A stretch of DNA of 64,000 nt from a phage: the sequence record NC_101835.1, one strand, 5' to 3'. The first letter of the stretch is position 1, and each line of letters begins with the position of its first letter. The notes beneath the pieces were generated by a model. The model had not been told where the DNA came from, searched no databases, and saw nothing but the letters and a program-made list of their open reading frames with translations. Of the stretch, positions 10,101 to 19,769 are shown one piece after another. The translations under genes and the position numbers were made by a program.

Positions 10101-10983
10101 AGTCCTCACTAAGTGTCATTGTTGCTGGGCCATAGTATGCACCAACCAGCAAACCATACTTACCAGCAACATAACTAAGATCTGCACCGCAAGCTTTCAG
10201 CATTTCTGCCATAATACTTGCTGGGGCCTCATCCATGTCAAACTCACCGTTAATGGTGTAACGGCGCTCACTGGTTCCGTCTGCGTTTTTTACCGCCTCG
10301 TCGCATATGTTGGCAGCCTCCTTGAAGGACTCCCAGTTGATGGTTTCGTCAGGACATTTAAGGTACGTTCTTAAATAGTCTAGGATCACCAAGGCAGCGT
10401 TATTGGTGTACACCTCTTTACTGATACGAGGATCATAGCATTTTTTACCAATCTTGACGAGTGTAACGTTTGGCAACCCAAAAGGAAACTTGTTAGGGTC
10501 AAACCTGAAGCTGGCACGTAGCCAACTGATCCCTCTACCTATCATGTCAGGTGACCATGATGGGCAGTGTGTACCCATGAAAGGATCAGATGTTTTTCTG
10601 TCGTTATGTAGCTCCCACGATACCAGATCTCCATACGAGGAAATAGGATTACCGTCGATAAGTATATCTTCTATACCTTCCAGAGGGTGATTGGCAAGAA
10701 CAATAGCACAATGGAGGGTTCTGTCGCTATCCTGCTCCAAAAACGCAAGCAATCCAGATGTGCGTGTCTTTCCATACACTACAGAGCAAGGTGCAGCAGA
10801 AGATCTGAGAAGCTTTTGTCTATCTTGCTGACTTCTGTAAGATTTGTTGCCCTCAAAAATCTTATCCAAAGTTCTGGTGGTCACAGTGTTCAGGCTGTCA
10901 GCCAGAGCTGCCTTGGATGCGTTCCAGTCATAACTTGAAGATCTTGCAGAAGCAACGATGTTATCAATCATTGCAATTGGCAT
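7144..10983 (-). CDS. large tail fiber / host-specificity-like protein with coiled-coil repeats
   Basis: 1279 aa; central region of repeated TNKATTDLLNKKTEALDEKL-like segments; Gly-rich C-terminal region; ATG with GGAGG RBS, TAATG overlap with upstream gene. Confidence 0.5.
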   Translation of the reverse strand: MPIAMIDNIVASARSSSYDWNASKAALADSLNTVTTRTLDKIFEGNKSYRSQQDRQKLLRSSAAPCSVVYGKTRTSGLLAFLEQDSDRTLHCAIVLANHPLEGIEDILIDGNPISSYGDLVSWELHNDRKTSDPFMGTHCPSWSPDMIGRGISWLRASFRFDPNKFPFGLPNVTLVKIGKKCYDPRISKEVYTNNAALVILDYLRTYLKCPDETINWESFKEAANICDEAVKNADGTSERRYTINGEFDMDEAPASIMAEMLKACGADLSYVAGKYGLLVGAYYGPATMTLSEDCVCGEVKIYPEASFDKRSNTITGRFTSPTKGYSETDFPSVFVPEWIEKDGERKIIDIDYRFVTSPYQAQRVSAIFLRRARAGRIIEVTCNMRGFKFKPGRYVTMDLPSIGIVGQEMRVLEWEFTKKGGVKVKLRQDAKEWNDATGQLPDSGDVDIPISPSGVAQPQNFRYSVLQAGEVTHGVLAWDNVGTYAQNIVQVRKNGEIVWTAQTVEQFVRVEGLTKGSYTATVVATSYKGGVSPEAYCEFNIQAPEAPVSVEVKQGYFAITLIPHSRDLASVSTQYDFWTSGMTRLPDTSDATVTSNATRMGVGSTWTSEGLQNDKVYYWYIRTTNAFGSSQFVECAARCYTSIEDLMPQIDAEFKKTETYKELMSTLDSSIEEVENRVTELNRYMDGRVDEAFQQLGDRIGAVVTETTQKFEDVNGNITALDRKLVAAQNKFTNDLNTESGRLASLIETTNKATTDLLNKKTEALDEKLVAAKGELVEQIEGVESGYLAGDKTLDGKINTQRTELDASILSTNQATVDLLNRTSETLDQKISQTNATVSKNYTALDGKITTAKTDLNTLIANTNKATTDLLNQKTSALSEQITSARGEISTNKQAIDALDGKLTSTKTALDATISDTNKATVDLINGTASAIRQELAVAKQEIIDDVGDVSEIRAAVATTSKAVTDLEGKVNAQWGTKIQVDSAGNKYVAGIQLGMEGSGGQVQSYFMVSANNFAVYNPGNGTATLAFAIKNNQAFLKDAFIENGTISSAKIAQEISSNNYDGNGYHKYGWYINKNGHAQFMDVWVKGNINASSGNFTGAVNATSGTFRGDVYANNGSFRGTIDATGGTFRGRVEASVIRANQFEGAIVAHRTYGDCAPVYNSQQRVCRWRWRYVDNVSGQGKNVTFFFKLNGTLASSQLNVWIAGHQILAGKKYGNDNNGMCAVGITGLGEQTIDIVVEIYTPWSTSSVTGVAISCPTVVVSRSNSSFQGPWNESHD

Positions 10984-11408
10984 TAATACCTCCAGACATC
11001 AACAACGATAGAATCTTTCATGTCGAACATAAAGACCCCTTTATCACCTTTCGCCCAAATCTGGTTGTTCCAGAACACACCAGCGGTGAGCCCGTTCAGA
11101 CCTTCGAAAATAACAATATCGCCACGCTGAACCTGTTTAGGAGTATCCAGTCGAGTCATAAAGAGATCAAAAATAGTAGGCAGGTGTGTAGTTTTGAAAC
11201 GAAGCATGCACCATCTTTTGCTTTCCAACTCTGTTTTATACGTTCCTTCGAAGTTGGAAAGAAAATCTGTTCCGTATTGGGCATCAACACACTTAGCCGC
11301 AAAGGTGCAACAATCGTGGAATCCCCATTCAAAAGGTATGGTGGCCTCTTCGTCAAACACTTTCCACAATCTTTCTTGCCAATCCACTAAACGAGGGTGT
11401 GTGCTCAT
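10983..11408 (-). CDS. hypothetical tail protein
   Basis: Track ORF trimmed to internal ATG (MSTHPRLVDW...) with GGGAGG RBS; contains EWGFHDCC Cys/His motif of unknown function. Confidence 0.35.
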   Translation of the reverse strand: MSTHPRLVDWQERLWKVFDEEATIPFEWGFHDCCTFAAKCVDAQYGTDFLSNFEGTYKTELESKRWCMLRFKTTHLPTIFDLFMTRLDTPKQVQRGDIVIFEGLNGLTAGVFWNNQIWAKGDKGVFMFDMKDSIVVDVWRY

Positions 11409-11959
11409 TAAACCTCCCAAATGATCGGGCGGCTCGCCACCTGATCCACATATTTAAAAAATCTGTCATTATCGTTTCTTGAGCTGTGGCTTTCCTCCGT
11501 GTACCGATAAGGAAAACCTCTTAACCAACTGTTGAAGATGGAAGAGATGGATATTGACAAAGCACTATTCTCACCTGTCTGAATAGCCATATCTGTTATA
11601 AGGCCGTCAAACAAGCCATTAGTTGTGACAGGTAGACCATTCTCCATAGCGGTAATGTACAACGTGGCACGACAACCAGAATACTCCGTCTTCAGCAGAT
11701 CACCCACATACTTAGGATCAAACCCGTTCAATGTTGCTACCACAGATCCGAAGTTGGTGGCATCTTTCTCAGACACAGCAGTTAATGTTGCTGATCCCCC
11801 TATCCCTATAAAATGTTGCCCCTCAATTACTACAACACCAGTGCCTGAGCACACCCTGACAGTTCCTGTCGGTAGCTCCAGCTTTGCAGCAATTAAGATC
11901 TCAACACCATCAAGCTCCAGCTTTTCAAGAAATAAATTATCTAATGGCGCTCTGATCAT
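11408..11959 (-). CDS. hypothetical tail protein
   Basis: Track ORF trimmed to ATG (MIRAPLDNLF...) with GAGGA RBS; TAATG coupling to downstream gene. Confidence 0.35.
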   Translation of the reverse strand: MIRAPLDNLFLEKLELDGVEILIAAKLELPTGTVRVCSGTGVVVIEGQHFIGIGGSATLTAVSEKDATNFGSVVATLNGFDPKYVGDLLKTEYSGCRATLYITAMENGLPVTTNGLFDGLITDMAIQTGENSALSISISSIFNSWLRGFPYRYTEESHSSRNDNDRFFKYVDQVASRPIIWEV

Positions 11960-11960
11960 C

Positions 11961-12551
11961 TTAGAAATCCTCAAAGAAGTTGATAACTATATTATCACCT
12001 TTTTGCATAGCATCGACTTTTTGCTTAATTTTATAAATATCTCTGATATGAAACCTACCCTTCGGGGATTGAGTTATTATCTTCATAGTGTCCCCTGCGG
12101 CAATAGGTTTTCTAAGTCTTGGAGATATGCTTATAACAGCAGACCCAACACCATCGCTACGCACTGGAGCTGTTACCACTTTCAATTCATCATTGACAGA
12201 TATTTTATCCCCAGCTCTGGCTATGTCTCTGTTTGGCTCCCACCCAACCGTCTTCAAAAAATCGTCGTTACCAGTAGGCCCAAGGGCGATTGGCTCATTA
12301 GCTGTAACTGAGTGACCGTAAGTTTTAATAAGAAAGATGTTTCCATCTTTATACACCTGATCAACAAAGCTCTTAAGCTCTAGCAACTGTGACTCGCTGA
12401 TATTGGAAACCGTCAAAGTGCCTTTCCAGTTAGGTGTGGCATAGGTCACTTTTTGCGTTTTACCTGTAAACGGACTTTTAAACGTAACAATATCTGCCAG
12501 CAGCTCCAATCTAATATCTGGAAGGTATCTAGGCCTTTCCCATAAAAACAT
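11961..12551 (-). CDS. hypothetical tail protein
   Basis: 196 aa; ATG with GGAGG RBS; within tail fiber block. Confidence 0.35.
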   Translation of the reverse strand: MFLWERPRYLPDIRLELLADIVTFKSPFTGKTQKVTYATPNWKGTLTVSNISESQLLELKSFVDQVYKDGNIFLIKTYGHSVTANEPIALGPTGNDDFLKTVGWEPNRDIARAGDKISVNDELKVVTAPVRSDGVGSAVISISPRLRKPIAAGDTMKIITQSPKGRFHIRDIYKIKQKVDAMQKGDNIVINFFEDF

Positions 12552-12614
12552 TGTGCCTCCAGGTTAAACAATCATGATAGTTATTTTACCAGATTTTGAG
12601 TTAATACGCAATAC

Positions 12615-12643
12615 AAACAAAAAGCCCCCGCCGAAGCGAGGGC
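12615..12643 (-). terminator. rho-independent terminator
   Basis: GC hairpin GCCCTCG-CTTCGG-CGGGGGC followed on the minus strand by TTTTTG, downstream of the 1268-aa gene. Confidence 0.5.
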
Positions 12644-12650
12644 AAAACAG

Positions 12651-15600
12651 TTACTTCAGTTTCTCTTGCAACCCAGTAACAACCTCTGTCAATTTTTTAA
12701 CCTGCTCCTCAAGGGCGGTTATTTTATCGTCCTGTTCTCTGCAAACCTGGACAAGCAAGCCTGTTACGGCTGCGTAATCCACGCTGTAGAATCTTTCCTC
12801 TGTTATCAAAGGAGTTCCATCTTGATTAGGGTTTGGGATTTCCTTTCTTTGCACGAAAGAGCTAACTGCTTCCGGCAGTGCTTCAAGCACTTCTTGTGCT
12901 ATAACACCTGCATAAGGCATACCGTTCTCTTTAAGAGTGTAAGTATAACCCTTCATCTTCCGGATAGCTTCTAACGCATCAGGAATAACAGATATGTTGT
13001 CTTTCAGGTCTCTGTCAGAACTCTGATTGACAGATGTGCAATTCACAGCACCGTTTACAGAAAGATATCTTGATTTATCCGGCAAGGTACCGCAATGCCA
13101 TACCCAATTTGCTTGAGACTCGTCACGAACCTTAAACTCTAACACGTTTGGGCGATCCCCTGCGCTGCCGTTGCCCCAATAATGGAGTACAGCATCATCC
13201 TTAGGTAAGTTATCGGCGTTGGAGGAAAGACCATTAGCACCGACATGAATTTCCAGCTGAGTGCTGTTTTCGCCGAAAGTGTAATTAGGTCTTAACTGAA
13301 TGCCCTTACCAGCATCGTGTCTCCATTCTTCCCAAGTAAAGACATCGCCAACGTAGTTACCAGCACGAGTATATCTGTCGCCAAAATAGGTGATGTATTC
13401 CTGCACACAACCTTGCGGTCTGTTAGCTGTGTTTTTGTAAACAAGCAGTGTACCAGCGTACGGAGCAGGGTAGTGGCGATCTATTACAAGTGCGTCAGCG
13501 TTTGAACCCTGGTGATAGAAACCTTCACGGCTACCATCGTAGTCATTAAGGTCTTCTGTCCCCAGACCTTGACCACGGTGCTGAATAACTTTGTTCCACG
13601 CCCTGTGGTTTCCCTGCTCTATGGAACGAGTGTACAACTGGTCTAAACGACCTGCCATCTGGAAAGCGTAGTTTCCAGAAAATGCCACAGACAGTCCGCC
13701 AACAACCATTGAACCTTCAGGTCCGTTGACGTTGCCAGCCAGTATTTTGGATGGGTTGTTAGGCCCAAACTGGTTGTTCCAGTCTGCACCCGTATGACAT
13801 ACAAAACCACCTGGTGCCGAGAAAGTACCATCTTTGTTGAAATTGTAGAATCTGTGAGCAGAACCTACAACATCACGAACAATAACTTGACCAGCCTCTG
13901 GAGTAGATCTGAACTCTGCCTGACCTTTGAGACCAGCACCATTACCGCATTTAGAGGTAAACGTACCGTTAGTAAGATCCTCTGTCCCATCTGATGCACA
14001 CTGGAATCCTGCATTAGAGAATAACGCCTTTCTAGGACTGCCGTAACACAAATAGTCAAGACCGTCTGCCCATAGCTCGACTTTTGGCATATTCATTTTG
14101 CTCATCACAGCATAGCGTTCAGCAGTGCCTATATAGTGCCACTGTGTGCCGCCGCCAGTGTAGAACCCTGAAGTACCTTTGAAGTCAACAATAGGTCTGG
14201 TATTGGTGTTGTTATCTCCTAGAATAGCAAGATTCAAATCTGCTGACTGAAGAGGTGCAACGAACTTAACCCCATCCTGATTGTCTGTTACAGAGCCAAC
14301 CTGGTAATCTTGCTCTCTGGTAAACACTTCGATAACATTTCTACTTGCGTATATGCTGACAGGGAAAGCACGAGCCTCTACATAGAAAGCAACATACTCT
14401 TGTTTACCCCTTGTTGGAGCAACCATCCCAAGAAGTGCTTTTTCATTCTGGTAGAAATTTACTACCCCGTAGAAAGAGTCTCCTCTGTCTGTCCAACCAC
14501 CAGTCCTATAGTGACACTGTAAGGTAGCACAGTTCATAGGGTCATTTCCAGATGACGATCTGGTAACTATGGTAATATCAGTACCAGTTGCTGGAGCATA
14601 GTACGGATCTGTTCTAACGATGATCGGGTAGTATTTCCCATCTTCCATCCCTGCGGTTCTTGGCAGTGTTAAGAAGTCTTTCACACCTGCTGCTATAGGA
14701 ACTTTGAACAGATTCTGAGCATCTGCTAAAGTTGTAGCCCCAGTACCACCTGCGGCTTGAGGTAAAGGTTCCCACTTGGCCTTCCGGTTGTTATAAACAC
14801 CCCATTCCAGAGTGCCGTTACCGGATTCGTCCATCCCACCATCCCAGACAACCATCTTGGCGGCTTTCTTGGACCCCCAGAAGCCTCTTTCTGCCCCTGA
14901 ACTACGGATCCATTCTCCAAGTCCCCAGTTTGTCAGCTGACCAGTAAGATCCCCAACCTGCATATATTTAGGACAGTCTAATACGCCGTCTTCGCGGAAA
15001 CCTAAATATCTGTGAGTTTCAGATCCTTTTGCACCTTTGTGCAGGTGGATTGTCAACCAAGCCTTATTGTCGTTTCTTACCTCAGAATAGATCCTATACC
15101 CATGCTCAAGGACACCGTCAGCGCTGTATTTGTCCCCGTTAACAATACCCGAGGCTGACTTAACATCAGCAGAACTTTGAGACAGGTAAATGTGCCCGAA
15201 GGTAGGGGTATTTCTAGGACCAAGACCGATGTGCGCTCTAAAGGTATCATCGTTACGAGGTCTGACCATCGGCTGCCATGCAGTCCACTGGTTTGTGTTG
15301 GCCTGATAGGTTCTCAAATACCAAACATCTACGTTAGAGAATGGGTAGTATTCCTGACGACAACCTGTACCGCCGTTAGCATTGTTCTGCCAAACAATCA
15401 AGTGACCAGCACCAGAACCTGCAGGGTAACCATTTTCCTCAGTTGCATAAGCAGTCATCGGCTGGTAGTATACACCATCCTGATTACCAGTCAAGTTATT
15501 GATATTGAAATTTGGCTCAAGGGCTGCACGTTGCTTATAGAAAGCCCCGATATTGATACGGACTCCAGCGGCATCTCTGGCCCCTGTACCTCCTTGCTCT

Positions 15601-16457
15601 ATAGCAAGAGGTTGCCACGAGGCTGTTTGTTGGTTCCACATACCCCAACGGCCTGTTGCATCAAGCTGCAAGTACCCTGCCGTGTTTAAATCATCTCCAG
15701 CACGGATAACTGTTCTTGTTGGGTTGTTTGCCTCCAGGCGTTTAAATTCATCACGAAGTGCTATTCTTTTTGTTGTTGCTACACCGTTAGCTACTGCGAT
15801 GGTATACATGGCTCCGGATGTAGCGCCACGGAAAATACCATCAATAGTTGTAGTATCACGACGAGATACCACACCGTTCAGAAATTTTTCACCAGCTGCT
15901 ACAGAAGGGTAGTTAGTGGTTCTTCCCTCTTCAATAACTGCAGGACCCACAAAGTTATCAAGGTGAATAACATCACCTACAGTGTGCACCGTACCAAAAT
16001 CTACACGCTGTGCAAGTGCTTTAGCATCGTTAGCTGTCTGAACAGTAACATCCATTACATCCTGGACAGACTGCCCTTCGGCTGTCATGATCATAGATGC
16101 GCCAATGGTAGATTCCAGCTCCTCCCTTAGGGACGGGTCAGTATATACCATCCATGCAGCGTCAGTAATCCCACCATCGGAGTACGGTGAAGATAGTGCA
16201 GGAACAGTGTGTGGAAATTCGCCTTTCCAACGCAGGTAGAGGTCTTCCTCTTCGAAGTAGGCAAAATCCATTGGGCCGTTTAACTTACCACCTTCCTTAA
16301 AGGAGATTACATGAGAAACAGTCCCATCCACATGGACAACATCGCCAATTTTTACACGACGGGTCAGGTCTGGTTGTTGAACAACCAGGTAATCATCCTC
16401 TGTCACTGCGGTAGTGGCAGGAAGAGATTCAATTCTGACAACTTTAATATCAGCCAT
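12651..16457 (-). CDS. tail fiber/tailspike with C-terminal intramolecular chaperone (peptidase S74-like) domain
   Basis: 1268 aa; C-terminus SDRDLKDNISVIPDALEAIRKMKGYTYTLKENGMPYAGVIAQEVLEALPEAV matches the self-cleaving chaperone domain of endosialidase/L-shaped fibers; N-terminal about 80 aa shared with 19092-19760. Confidence 0.65.
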   Translation of the reverse strand: MADIKVVRIESLPATTAVTEDDYLVVQQPDLTRRVKIGDVVHVDGTVSHVISFKEGGKLNGPMDFAYFEEEDLYLRWKGEFPHTVPALSSPYSDGGITDAAWMVYTDPSLREELESTIGASMIMTAEGQSVQDVMDVTVQTANDAKALAQRVDFGTVHTVGDVIHLDNFVGPAVIEEGRTTNYPSVAAGEKFLNGVVSRRDTTTIDGIFRGATSGAMYTIAVANGVATTKRIALRDEFKRLEANNPTRTVIRAGDDLNTAGYLQLDATGRWGMWNQQTASWQPLAIEQGGTGARDAAGVRINIGAFYKQRAALEPNFNINNLTGNQDGVYYQPMTAYATEENGYPAGSGAGHLIVWQNNANGGTGCRQEYYPFSNVDVWYLRTYQANTNQWTAWQPMVRPRNDDTFRAHIGLGPRNTPTFGHIYLSQSSADVKSASGIVNGDKYSADGVLEHGYRIYSEVRNDNKAWLTIHLHKGAKGSETHRYLGFREDGVLDCPKYMQVGDLTGQLTNWGLGEWIRSSGAERGFWGSKKAAKMVVWDGGMDESGNGTLEWGVYNNRKAKWEPLPQAAGGTGATTLADAQNLFKVPIAAGVKDFLTLPRTAGMEDGKYYPIIVRTDPYYAPATGTDITIVTRSSSGNDPMNCATLQCHYRTGGWTDRGDSFYGVVNFYQNEKALLGMVAPTRGKQEYVAFYVEARAFPVSIYASRNVIEVFTREQDYQVGSVTDNQDGVKFVAPLQSADLNLAILGDNNTNTRPIVDFKGTSGFYTGGGTQWHYIGTAERYAVMSKMNMPKVELWADGLDYLCYGSPRKALFSNAGFQCASDGTEDLTNGTFTSKCGNGAGLKGQAEFRSTPEAGQVIVRDVVGSAHRFYNFNKDGTFSAPGGFVCHTGADWNNQFGPNNPSKILAGNVNGPEGSMVVGGLSVAFSGNYAFQMAGRLDQLYTRSIEQGNHRAWNKVIQHRGQGLGTEDLNDYDGSREGFYHQGSNADALVIDRHYPAPYAGTLLVYKNTANRPQGCVQEYITYFGDRYTRAGNYVGDVFTWEEWRHDAGKGIQLRPNYTFGENSTQLEIHVGANGLSSNADNLPKDDAVLHYWGNGSAGDRPNVLEFKVRDESQANWVWHCGTLPDKSRYLSVNGAVNCTSVNQSSDRDLKDNISVIPDALEAIRKMKGYTYTLKENGMPYAGVIAQEVLEALPEAVSSFVQRKEIPNPNQDGTPLITEERFYSVDYAAVTGLLVQVCREQDDKITALEEQVKKLTEVVTGLQEKLK

Positions 16458-16492
16458 TCTTTCTCCTGAAAGGGGGCAAACAGCCCCCTATG

Positions 16493-19090
16493 TTAAAGGT
16501 ACAATCCACGGTATTGAGCATAAAGGCCCAGACCGCGAAGGATTTCGCCAGAGTGATAGCCCACCGGATCAGAAACTGCCCAGCAGCCGTTTAAAACATT
16601 ATCCCCATTGATGAAGTGGTGCTTTTGCAGTAGCTTCACGCAGGCTTCTACAACAATATCTATTTGAGGTATTGTCTCTGAATACCCGCACAGACCTAGC
16701 CAGCAGCAACCTGCAAGCCATTCACCTACCACCCACATCCTGTCTCCTCTGTCCTGATAAGAATATCCCCCAGAGGTGTTAAAGTCTGTAGGTAGATTTC
16801 CTGAATGAGATGACTGGAATCTGTTGAGGAACCATGCCCATTTCTGGCAGAACAGGAATAGTCTTTCATCAACAGGTTCTTTATGTTTCTTGAGCTCATA
16901 TATTGTGCGGCACGCAGCAACAAAAGATCTTGACTGGAGCTTAGAGTTATCTACCATCTCCCACCAACCAGTCAGCCCTTCATTACCTCTTTGCCATACA
17001 TAACGTGAGGCAACTGGACCCTCTGTCTTAAATGTATTATTATACCAGACTTGGGCGTCATACAGAAAGCCTATTGTATTTGACAATCTATGGCGATCTA
17101 TGTTTTCTGCACCCATGCAGTAGACTGCTGGGTATTGCATGCCGGGGTAGGGCCAATTTGGCCTTTCCTCTAAGAGATAGTTTTCCTTATCTATCACCTT
17201 TCCGGCAGGGAACACACCTGGTGTGTGCCTGTATGCACCTTGCTTGTAGTTTCTGACATAGCAATCGCCAACCTTAGCGGTTGATTCTGTCTTGCTTGCC
17301 ATCCACACGCTAAACCAGATTAGATAAGCATCCCTATCTGCAATATAGAATTGCGGCAGCGTGTTGACGCAATACAGATCAAACAAGCCATTACCTATCT
17401 GCCTGTCGCTTAGGCTGAAATCTACAGAGGTGAGCCCCTTAGGATTAGCAAAGAAAGGTTTAATCTCTTCTTCGGTGTGATGAGGTTGTGTCGGATCTAG
17501 TTTGAAATCTCCTAGAGTAAGAGTTTCTGTTATCCATTGTCCATTAGTGGCATATAGATCAGCATACCATAACCACCTGTCTTTGTCAAGAAATTTGACC
17601 CTTACCATCTCATCATCTGATCGATAAGTTACTGAGTTTAAAGAAATCTCTCTTCCAAAATTGAAAGTTACTTTGCCTCTTGCTATATTACAACGGGTGA
17701 AGTTGTCAGAGTGGTTGTAAATGTCAGTATCGTACTGCATACTAACACTGGCACCACCGCTCACGGCAATGTTTTCCTCTTTAGGTAAGAGGTACGGATT
17801 ACCGTCTTTACCAACTACCTCTACGAAATCAGTAACCTTGGCAACTATTTCTGTTACCTCTGCCCCTCCAAAAGGAACCCCTATCCTGTACTGTTTTTTG
17901 TTATTGTTGCCATCATTAAGGATGAAATGTGGCTGGAACAGAACCCCTTCTCCTCCGAAATTCATAACAATTTCAGCATCTCTGCCTATTTTGTATGTAG
18001 TCCCTTTTTGAATTATTTCGCAAGGCTGGCGTGCGTTCATTCTAAAATTGATATACCCGTCACTGTCCCTGCTCATGACAGGAACTGTTCCTGCAACAAG
18101 GCAAGTACCATCTGTAAACGGTGCCTTAATCAACGTGGTCTTCCTAAACAGTTTGTCGTAGGCGTTTATATCACTGAAATTAAGCAATTTGTTGTAAGAC
18201 TGTTCAAACGCGGTGTAATACTTTTCCTCACCTGTCAAGGTGTAGAGTTGATAACAAGCGTCACACCACATTTCTTCCCCGTCCAACTCTGGGGCCTGAT
18301 TATCTGCAACCACGTTTATAGGATTTACAATTACAGGGGATCCTGCAGGTATCACCGATCCGCCCTGCTCTTGAGGTAATCTTACACAATAGGTCACCTT
18401 GTGGCTGCCTGTAACACCCTTATCTTGTAATTGGATTGTGCCGAACTCTACAGACGTATGACCACTGTCGGCTATGCTACCGTTAGCCCAATAGCGGTTA
18501 CCATCCCATGCTATGTACCACTCAACCCACCAACTTAATCCGGATGTTGTCCAATCTGGGTTAGCATCTGTGCCACCGTAAACATCAGAGTCTACAGTGT
18601 TTCTTCCTAACACACCGTTATACGCTTGGAATGCCTTGTCAAGGTATTCCCCCCATGTCGGAGATCCAGCTGGGATTTTTCCTCTACCGTTGGTAAAAGA
18701 CACCACCACATCTTTAAACCCACCATGTGATGGAACCCCATCTGTGGATAGAGGGTAGTGGGACAATCTTTGCATTTTACTTTCTACTGCATATGCACCC
18801 AGAAGATGGCTATTGTAAGCTTCCCAAGCATCTTTTGCCCTATCCAGATAGAAATCGCTTTTCGATGCCCTGTATGCTTCAATGTATCCCAGAATCAACA
18901 CAGCTTGGGACTCATGCATTGCCCAATCATTATTTATCTTATTACCTGCCCACCCTGCAGCTATAAGACCATCAGGGTTTACTAGCTTATTTTGTGTAGA
19001 GGTGTTGGTAATACCTGTGTTGTTATCGAGGCACTTCCTGTGCCCCTCAATCATCTGAAATACGTTATCAATGTTATGTTGAATACGCAT
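16493..19090 (-). CDS. tailspike-like protein, possible enzymatic receptor-binding protein
   Basis: 865 aa; lacks the shared N-terminal anchor; starts 2 nt after the stop of the 222-aa anchor-containing ORF; enzymatic role not established. Confidence 0.4.
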   Translation of the reverse strand: MRIQHNIDNVFQMIEGHRKCLDNNTGITNTSTQNKLVNPDGLIAAGWAGNKINNDWAMHESQAVLILGYIEAYRASKSDFYLDRAKDAWEAYNSHLLGAYAVESKMQRLSHYPLSTDGVPSHGGFKDVVVSFTNGRGKIPAGSPTWGEYLDKAFQAYNGVLGRNTVDSDVYGGTDANPDWTTSGLSWWVEWYIAWDGNRYWANGSIADSGHTSVEFGTIQLQDKGVTGSHKVTYCVRLPQEQGGSVIPAGSPVIVNPINVVADNQAPELDGEEMWCDACYQLYTLTGEEKYYTAFEQSYNKLLNFSDINAYDKLFRKTTLIKAPFTDGTCLVAGTVPVMSRDSDGYINFRMNARQPCEIIQKGTTYKIGRDAEIVMNFGGEGVLFQPHFILNDGNNNKKQYRIGVPFGGAEVTEIVAKVTDFVEVVGKDGNPYLLPKEENIAVSGGASVSMQYDTDIYNHSDNFTRCNIARGKVTFNFGREISLNSVTYRSDDEMVRVKFLDKDRWLWYADLYATNGQWITETLTLGDFKLDPTQPHHTEEEIKPFFANPKGLTSVDFSLSDRQIGNGLFDLYCVNTLPQFYIADRDAYLIWFSVWMASKTESTAKVGDCYVRNYKQGAYRHTPGVFPAGKVIDKENYLLEERPNWPYPGMQYPAVYCMGAENIDRHRLSNTIGFLYDAQVWYNNTFKTEGPVASRYVWQRGNEGLTGWWEMVDNSKLQSRSFVAACRTIYELKKHKEPVDERLFLFCQKWAWFLNRFQSSHSGNLPTDFNTSGGYSYQDRGDRMWVVGEWLAGCCWLGLCGYSETIPQIDIVVEACVKLLQKHHFINGDNVLNGCWAVSDPVGYHSGEILRGLGLYAQYRGLYL

Positions 19091-19091
19091 C

Positions 19092-19760
19092 TTAGATAGC
19101 TCCTGCGATAATCAGTGCCCCGTACCAAGTTAACCCGTTGTCGTAGGTTTCCAACTTGAAAATATCTGTTGCACCAGCTGTAAATGTTAGGATAGGATCT
19201 CTTCCGTAGGACCATTTAACATTACCAGGCCAATAGACTTTGTTGCCGCCAGAGGTCTGAGTAATGCATACGGTTATAGTTCTCGCCACCCCTTCAAGAC
19301 CTTCTGTTTGATTTTCAAAAGAGATTGTGGTATTTGAAGTTAGTCGAACCTTAAAGGTATCCGCAACTTCAAGATCCATATCAAGCTGACCACCGATAGA
19401 TCCGTAATCAACTATTCTGCCAGAAGAAGTTGCAGCAAGCTCACCAAAAACAGACCAGGCATTTGCAGACACGCCCCCAGCACCCTCTACGGTGGAGTCT
19501 GGGAGGATTATTTTAGGATAATCCCCGTTCCACGTGTAGTAGCGCTTAGTCTCTGGGTCATAAGCAAAGTCCTTCTTGCTCTTAAGATAACCACCCTCTG
19601 TGAAATAGACTATCTTAGTAATACTAAGATCGTTGACAACATCGTCAATCTTAGCCTTTCTTGTCCCATCAGTCTGGTTGACAACCAAGAAGTCATCACT
19701 CAGGACTGTTTCTGCATCTTCAAGATCTGGAATTGGTATTGTAGGATAAGCTACAGCCAT
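19092..19760 (-). CDS. tail fiber/spike adaptor with conserved N-terminal anchor domain
   Basis: 222 aa; N-terminus (DDFLVVNQTDGTRKAKIDDVV...FTEGGYL...FAY) parallels N-terminus of 12651-16457 (DDYLVVQQPDLTRRVKIGDVV...FKEGGKL...FAY); AAGGAG RBS. Confidence 0.45.
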   Translation of the reverse strand: MAVAYPTIPIPDLEDAETVLSDDFLVVNQTDGTRKAKIDDVVNDLSITKIVYFTEGGYLKSKKDFAYDPETKRYYTWNGDYPKIILPDSTVEGAGGVSANAWSVFGELAATSSGRIVDYGSIGGQLDMDLEVADTFKVRLTSNTTISFENQTEGLEGVARTITVCITQTSGGNKVYWPGNVKWSYGRDPILTFTAGATDIFKLETYDNGLTWYGALIIAGAI

Positions 19761-19769
19761 GATTTCTCC

